A stretch of 64,000 nucleotides of DNA from Ohtaekwangia sp. (GTDB lineage Bacteria; Bacteroidota; Bacteroidia; Cytophagales; Cyclobacteriaceae). The notes beneath the pieces were generated by a model. The model did no database searches. It had not been told where the DNA came from and saw only the letters and a program-made list of their open reading frames with translations. Shown here piece after piece: positions 58,535 through 64,000 of this stretch. The stretch is from the NCBI GenBank assembly GCA_036503775.1, contig DASXWH010000188.1:15461-79460 (forward strand), written 5' to 3'. The number at the start of each line of letters is the position of its first letter. Position 1 is the first letter of the stretch. The position numbers and the translations under genes were made by a program.

Positions 58535-61069
58535 ATGGCAGAAGAAACCGGTGGCCAGACACCTGGCAGGCAAAGTATAATCCCGATCAATATTGAAGAC
58601 GAAATGCGTGGGGCGTACATCGATTATTCGATGTCGGTCATTATTTCACGCGCCCTGCCCGATGTACGGGATGGGTTGAAACCGGTTCACCGCAGGGTGC
58701 TTTATGGAATGCTTGAACTGGGCGTTAATTACAACAAGCCATATAAAAAATCAGCCCGTATTGTAGGGGAGGTTCTGGGTAAGTATCACCCCCATGGAGA
58801 TGCTTCTGTTTATGATACCATGGTGCGGATGGCACAGGACTGGTCTTTGCGTTATACCCTTGTGGATGGTCAGGGAAACTTTGGGTCCATTGATGGAGAC
58901 TCACCAGCTGCCATGCGTTATACCGAAGCCAGACTTCGCAGGATTGCAGAAGAGATGCTGGCAGATATCAATAAAGACACGGTTGATTTTCAACCTAACT
59001 TTGACGATTCCCTCACTGAACCAAGTGTACTCCCCGCCAAGCTGCCTAACCTTTTGGTTAATGGATCATCCGGTATTGCGGTAGGCATGGCCACCAATAT
59101 GGCGCCTCATAACCTGGGTGAGGTTGTGGATGGTACGATTGCCTATATCGACAATAATGATATTACCATAGCCGAGCTGATGAAATTCGTAACAGCTCCT
59201 GATTTCCCCACAGGTGGGTTAATCTATGGTCACTCGGGAGTTCAGGAGGCTTACCTGACAGGCCGGGGACGGGTGGTAATGCGTGCAAAAGCCGAGATTG
59301 TAACCTCGTCAACCGGGAAAGATCAGATCATCGTAACCGAGGTTCCCTACATGGTCAACAAAGCCATGATGATCGAGAAGACCGCTGCACTCATCAATGA
59401 AAAGAAAATTGAAGGTATCTCGGATATCCGGGATGAATCTGACCGTGACGGATACCGGATTGTATATGACCTCAAGCGTGAAGCTATCCCGAATATTGTA
59501 TTAAACAATCTCTTTAAGTACACGCAATTACAATCATCCTTTGGTGTGAACAACGTGGCGCTGGTTAAAGGCCGCCCGATGACATTGAACCTGAAGGACC
59601 TGATCAAATACTTCGTTGAACACAGGCATGAGGTAATCATCCGGAGAACCAAGTTCGAGTTGGCTGAAGCTGAACGCAGAGCTCATATCCTGGAAGGATA
59701 CCTTATCGCACTTGACAACCTGGATGAGGTCATTTCCCTGATCCGGAACTCAAAAGACCCTGAAACGGCAAAGGACGGTTTGATGACCCGTTTCGGATTA
59801 TCCGAAATTCAGGCTAAAGCCATTCTCGATATGCGCCTTCAGCGCCTCACCGGACTTGAGCGCGACAAGATTCAGCAGGAGTATGCCGAGGTTAAGGCTT
59901 TAATTGACAGACTCAATGAGATTCTGGCCAATGAACCTATCCGGATGCAGATCATTAAAGATGAGCTGCTGGAAATGAAGGAACGGTACGGTGATAAGCG
60001 AAGAACTGAAGTTGTTCATAGTGATGATGACATTACCGTTGAAGCCTTGATTCCAAATGAAGAAATGGTGATCACCATTTCGAATCAGGGATATATTAAA
60101 CGAACATCACTTTCAGAATACCGCACACAAGGCAGGGGAGGAATTGGATCCAAAGGGGTAACCACCAAGGACGATGATTTTACTGAGCACTTGTTCATTG
60201 CGCAGGCGCACAATTACCTGTTGATCTTCACCGATCAGGGTAAAGTATATTGGAAGAAAGCATATGAAATTCCGGAAGGAAATAAAGTATCCAAAGGACG
60301 GGCTATTCAGAATCTGATCAACATTGAACCCGGAGATACAGCGCGTGCCATCATCAATATCAAAAACCTGACAGACGAAAATTACATTAATAATAACTAT
60401 GTAATTCTCTGTACTGAAAAAGGTGTTATCAAGAAAACTTCCCTTGAAGCTTACTCAAGACCCAGACAGGGTGGTATCAATGCCATTACGATCCACGATG
60501 GTGACCGGCTTTTGAATGCATCCATGACCAATGGAAACAATCATATTATCATTGCGAAGAGTGAAGGTAAAGCCGTTCACTTCCACGAGTCAGATGTTCG
60601 CCCGATGGGAAGAACAGCGGCTGGTGTGAGAGGTGTAACCCTCGAGTCGGATGAAGACAAAGTGGTTGGCATGGTCTGCATCACCGGTCAGGATGCAAAC
60701 CTGCTGGTAGTGTCAGAAAACGGTTATGGAAAACGATCATCCATTGATGATTACCGCATCACCAAACGTGGTGGCAAAGGCGTTAAGACGATCAATATCA
60801 CGGATAAAACTGGCAAGCTTGTTGCCATCAAGGAAGTATTCGATGAAGATGAACTGATGATCATCAACCGTTCAGGCATCACCATTCGCATCAAGGTAGG
60901 CGAATTGCGGGTTATGGGACGTGCTACACAGGGTGTCCGCCTCATTAAACTGAATGATGATGACCGGATTTCATCTGTAGAAAAGATTCAGCAGATCGTT
61001 GAAGAGAAGAACGAAAGTGAAGAAAAGAACAACAATACTGACAGCACCGACAACACAGAAAACACCTAA
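58535..61069 (+). CDS. gyrA: DNA gyrase subunit A
   Basis: [37 protein letters not shown], GyrA-box-like QGRGGIG, C-terminal pinwheel repeats. Confidence 0.98.
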   Translation: MAEETGGQTPGRQSIIPINIEDEMRGAYIDYSMSVIISRALPDVRDGLKPVHRRVLYGMLELGVNYNKPYKKSARIVGEVLGKYHPHGDASVYDTMVRMAQDWSLRYTLVDGQGNFGSIDGDSPAAMRYTEARLRRIAEEMLADINKDTVDFQPNFDDSLTEPSVLPAKLPNLLVNGSSGIAVGMATNMAPHNLGEVVDGTIAYIDNNDITIAELMKFVTAPDFPTGGLIYGHSGVQEAYLTGRGRVVMRAKAEIVTSSTGKDQIIVTEVPYMVNKAMMIEKTAALINEKKIEGISDIRDESDRDGYRIVYDLKREAIPNIVLNNLFKYTQLQSSFGVNNVALVKGRPMTLNLKDLIKYFVEHRHEVIIRRTKFELAEAERRAHILEGYLIALDNLDEVISLIRNSKDPETAKDGLMTRFGLSEIQAKAILDMRLQRLTGLERDKIQQEYAEVKALIDRLNEILANEPIRMQIIKDELLEMKERYGDKRRTEVVHSDDDITVEALIPNEEMVITISNQGYIKRTSLSEYRTQGRGGIGSKGVTTKDDDFTEHLFIAQAHNYLLIFTDQGKVYWKKAYEIPEGNKVSKGRAIQNLINIEPGDTARAIINIKNLTDENYINNNYVILCTEKGVIKKTSLEAYSRPRQGGINAITIHDGDRLLNASMTNGNNHIIIAKSEGKAVHFHESDVRPMGRTAAGVRGVTLESDEDKVVGMVCITGQDANLLVVSENGYGKRSSIDDYRITKRGGKGVKTINITDKTGKLVAIKEVFDEDELMIINRSGITIRIKVGELRVMGRATQGVRLIKLNDDDRISSVEKIQQIVEEKNESEEKNNNTDSTDNTENT

Positions 61070-61097
61070 AACTTTTATACTCTACTTAACATTTCAG

Positions 61098-62273
61098 ATG
61101 ATGAAAAAAATAGTAATCGTTTTGTTTCTCCTGGTTCCCGGGATTCTATCGGCTCAAAAGGAAGTCAAGCCGAATATCAACAAGGCCATGACCGCGCTGA
61201 CATCAGGAAAATTTGATGAAGCCAAATCTACCATTGATGCAGCTACAACCTATGAGAAAACCATGAATGATGGTAAGACCTGGTTTTACAGAGGCGTTAT
61301 ATACGGTGCTTTGGACACTACGGCATCGTATAAATCAACGGAAGATCTGACGGCTGTTTCAGCAGCTTCATTTCAGAAGGCACGCGAAATTTCAGGTGGT
61401 AAAACATCATCTTATTTTGTTACCACAAGTGCTTCTCCGTTACCCTTGGCATTTGACCAGGCGATAACCGATATCGCTAACCGTTATCTGGTAAAAGGTG
61501 GAAAATTATTTGGCGAAGAAGACTACAAAGGTGCTCTTGTTCAATTCGAAAAAGGTATTGCGTTTAAGCCTGACACTACATTTTATTTATATGCAGGTTA
61601 TTCCGCGTACAATGCGGAAGAACGTAAAAAATCAATTGACTACCTTACACAATACGCGAAGCAGGGTGGAAGGGAGCAACAAGCCCTGACAATGCCAGCG
61701 CTTATTGCGTATGAAGATCAGACGTATGAAGAATCTCTTGTAGCTGCCCGTGATGTATTGAAAATATTGCCTGGTCACAAGGACATGAAGGCTATTGAGC
61801 TTAACTCTTTGATCCAGCTGAAGAAATACGATGATGCTGCCACTCTCCTGGCTTCCGACCTGAAAGCCAATCCGAATGACGCACAGGGACATTACCTGCT
61901 GGGCGTTTTGAATACAGAGTTAAAGAAGGAAGCTGACGCTAAAAAGAACTTTGAAGATGCTGTTCGCATTGACCCAAATCACTATGAGGCATCGCTTGCA
62001 CTCGCCCGCATATACTATTTCGATGCGAAAGTCATTAAAGACGAAATGAACGCGCTGGGTATTTCTGCAGCCGACAAGAAAAAGAGACTTGAATTGGACT
62101 CCAAGTACCTTGAAAAGCTGAAGATAGCGTTACCATACTGGCAAAAGTTGGAGAAAATCAAGCCAGACAGCCAGGATGTACTGGATGGTTTGTATACAAT
62201 CTATGGCGATCTTGATAACCAGGAGCAATTGAAGCGCCTGGAGAAGCGTTACAAGGAGCTCGGTATTGAATAA
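61098..62273 (+). CDS. Exported TPR protein
   Basis: ATG at 61098 gives signal peptide MMKKIVIVLFLLVPGILSAQ; several TPRs. Confidence 0.82.
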   Translation: MMKKIVIVLFLLVPGILSAQKEVKPNINKAMTALTSGKFDEAKSTIDAATTYEKTMNDGKTWFYRGVIYGALDTTASYKSTEDLTAVSAASFQKAREISGGKTSSYFVTTSASPLPLAFDQAITDIANRYLVKGGKLFGEEDYKGALVQFEKGIAFKPDTTFYLYAGYSAYNAEERKKSIDYLTQYAKQGGREQQALTMPALIAYEDQTYEESLVAARDVLKILPGHKDMKAIELNSLIQLKKYDDAATLLASDLKANPNDAQGHYLLGVLNTELKKEADAKKNFEDAVRIDPNHYEASLALARIYYFDAKVIKDEMNALGISAADKKKRLELDSKYLEKLKIALPYWQKLEKIKPDSQDVLDGLYTIYGDLDNQEQLKRLEKRYKELGIE

Positions 62274-62291
62274 CATTACCGTAAGAAACAG

Positions 62292-62325
62292 AGAAGGGTT
62301 GGCCAACGTCAACCCTTTTTTGTTT
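62292..62325 (+). terminator. Intrinsic terminator
   Basis: AGAAGGGTTGGC-CAAC-GTCAACCCTTTTTT. Confidence 0.8.
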
Positions 62326-62445
62326 TATAAACGATTATATCCGGTCGAAACATTTTCAAGGTAGGTGCACCAGCCTTACGATTGTTACATTCTGATTTCT
62401 ATCTATATTTCAATTCATCTTTAACGCTCTAGTATACCCTGACTC

Positions 62446-63990
62446 ATGAATGGAACAGTCGTAACCAAAGAACAAAAGAAAACACTTTGGTTTGTTATCA
62501 CCGCATCCTCCGTAGGCACCCTGATCGAATGGTATGACTTCTATATTTTCGGAAGTCTGGCAATGATCCTTTCAGAACAATTTTTTCCACAGTCAAATCC
62601 AACAGCAGCCTTTCTTTCTACGCTCGCCACATTTGCTGCCGGATTTATTGTAAGGCCCTTTGGTGCTATTGTGTTTGGAAGACTTGGAGATATTGTAGGC
62701 AGGAAGTATACGTTTCTGGTCACGCTGATACTTATGGGTGGTTCTACCTTTGCTATCGGATTGGTTCCGGGTTATCAAAGCATTGGAATAGTAGCACCCA
62801 TCCTGGTACTCATACTAAGACTCTTGCAAGGCCTCGCATTGGGTGGCGAATATGGTGGTGCTGCCACCTATGTAGCTGAGCATGCACCCGCTGCTCAACG
62901 TGGTTTTTACACCAGCTTTATTCAGACAACGGCAACGCTGGGACTTTTCGTTTCTATCGGAGTGATACTCGCTGTACGGCAGAACATAACGCCCGAGCAA
63001 TTTAATGACTGGGGATGGAGAATTCCTTTTTTACTGTCTGCCTTACTGGTAGCAGTTTCAGTTTTTATCCGGCTTCGGATGCATGAGTCACCACTTTTTG
63101 CAAAGATCAAAGCAGAAGGAAAGATTTCGAAGAATCCCATTAAGGAAAGTTTTGGAAAAAAAGAAAATCTGAAACTCGTACTGATTGCTCTGTTTGGAGC
63201 TGCCGCTGGACAAGGTGTAGTGTGGTACACCGGTCAGTTTTATGCAATGACGTTTATTGAAACTACTCTGAATGTCGAATTTGTTCAGACCCGGAATATC
63301 ATTGCCATAGCACTTCTTATTGGTACACCGCTCTTTATTTATTTTGGTTGGTTGTCTGATAAGATCGGAAGAAAAATGATCATGATGGCCGCGTTGATCC
63401 TCGCTGTTTTTTTATACAGACCGATCTACAAAAAAATGTATGACCTGGCGGATATATCAATTAAGACAGAATTAGCAGACCAGAAAAGTATTACCACCTC
63501 ACATGCTGTATCTGAATCCGGTGATTCCATAACCGTGCGAAAGGTTAATCATGTATTTTCTGATGATACGAAAGTTATTGAAACCCTTACCGAAAAGAAA
63601 AGTGCAAAAGGCGTGACGAATGAAACGAAGCGGGAAGTTATTCTGGCAGATGACGGTTATTATTCCATGATTGGACTTGTACTGATTCAGGTTGTATTGG
63701 TAACTATGGTTTATGGCCCCATTGCAGCTTTCCTGGTTGAATTGTTTCCAACCCGGATCCGTTACACATCCATGTCTTTACCCTACCATATTGGTAATGG
63801 AATTTTCGGGGGACTGACACCTTTACTGGCTACCAGTTTGTTTTTATCCAGCAAGACTGAGGCTAATCCTGCTGGCGATCCGCTTGCCGGATTGTGGTAT
63901 CCGATATGGGTTGCCGCGATTACTTTTATTATCGGGATGATCTTCCTGAGTAACAAGCGTAAAGCGGATGTTATTGAAGATCATGAATGA
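62446..63990 (+). CDS. MFS transporter, metabolite:H+ symporter (MHS) family
   Basis: GTLIEWYDFY, RPFGAIVFGRLGD.VGRK, LQGLALGGEYGGA, WGWRIPF, ELFPTRIRYT. Confidence 0.92.
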   Translation: MNGTVVTKEQKKTLWFVITASSVGTLIEWYDFYIFGSLAMILSEQFFPQSNPTAAFLSTLATFAAGFIVRPFGAIVFGRLGDIVGRKYTFLVTLILMGGSTFAIGLVPGYQSIGIVAPILVLILRLLQGLALGGEYGGAATYVAEHAPAAQRGFYTSFIQTTATLGLFVSIGVILAVRQNITPEQFNDWGWRIPFLLSALLVAVSVFIRLRMHESPLFAKIKAEGKISKNPIKESFGKKENLKLVLIALFGAAAGQGVVWYTGQFYAMTFIETTLNVEFVQTRNIIAIALLIGTPLFIYFGWLSDKIGRKMIMMAALILAVFLYRPIYKKMYDLADISIKTELADQKSITTSHAVSESGDSITVRKVNHVFSDDTKVIETLTEKKSAKGVTNETKREVILADDGYYSMIGLVLIQVVLVTMVYGPIAAFLVELFPTRIRYTSMSLPYHIGNGIFGGLTPLLATSLFLSSKTEANPAGDPLAGLWYPIWVAAITFIIGMIFLSNKRKADVIEDHE

Positions 63991-64000
63991 TTTATACAAA

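Overview
Core-genome-like region of a Bacteroidota bacterium, most likely order Cytophagales (inferred from T9SS C-terminal sorting domains, TAnnTTTG-type promoters and gene order). Housekeeping genes include the 3' part of dnaB, etfBA, thrS-infC-rpmI-rplT, holA, folC, trmB, rpe and gyrA. I found no tRNA/rRNA, CRISPR array, transposase or integrase. The strongest candidate for an undescribed system is a tightly packed four-gene locus (15245-29396). It encodes a membrane-anchored STAND NTPase with no effector domain, joined by a long coiled coil to a WD40 propeller; an outer-membrane beta-barrel with an N-terminal TPR-like module; a lipoprotein; and a ~2800-aa T9SS-secreted Ig/PKD adhesin-like protein with a recent internal duplication. 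Together these look like a possible trans-envelope signalling or adhesion machine. Other notable items: an ExbB/ExbD/TonB-like cluster whose ExbD lacks the conserved transmembrane Asp; infC with a non-canonical (ATC) start; a PlcP/LpxH-like phosphoesterase + glycosyltransferase + orphan PhoB-like regulator with 11-bp direct repeats; a TrpF-fold probable pseudoenzyme; and a TPR membrane sensor with no output domain. Family assignments come from motif recognition by eye; no searches were run.
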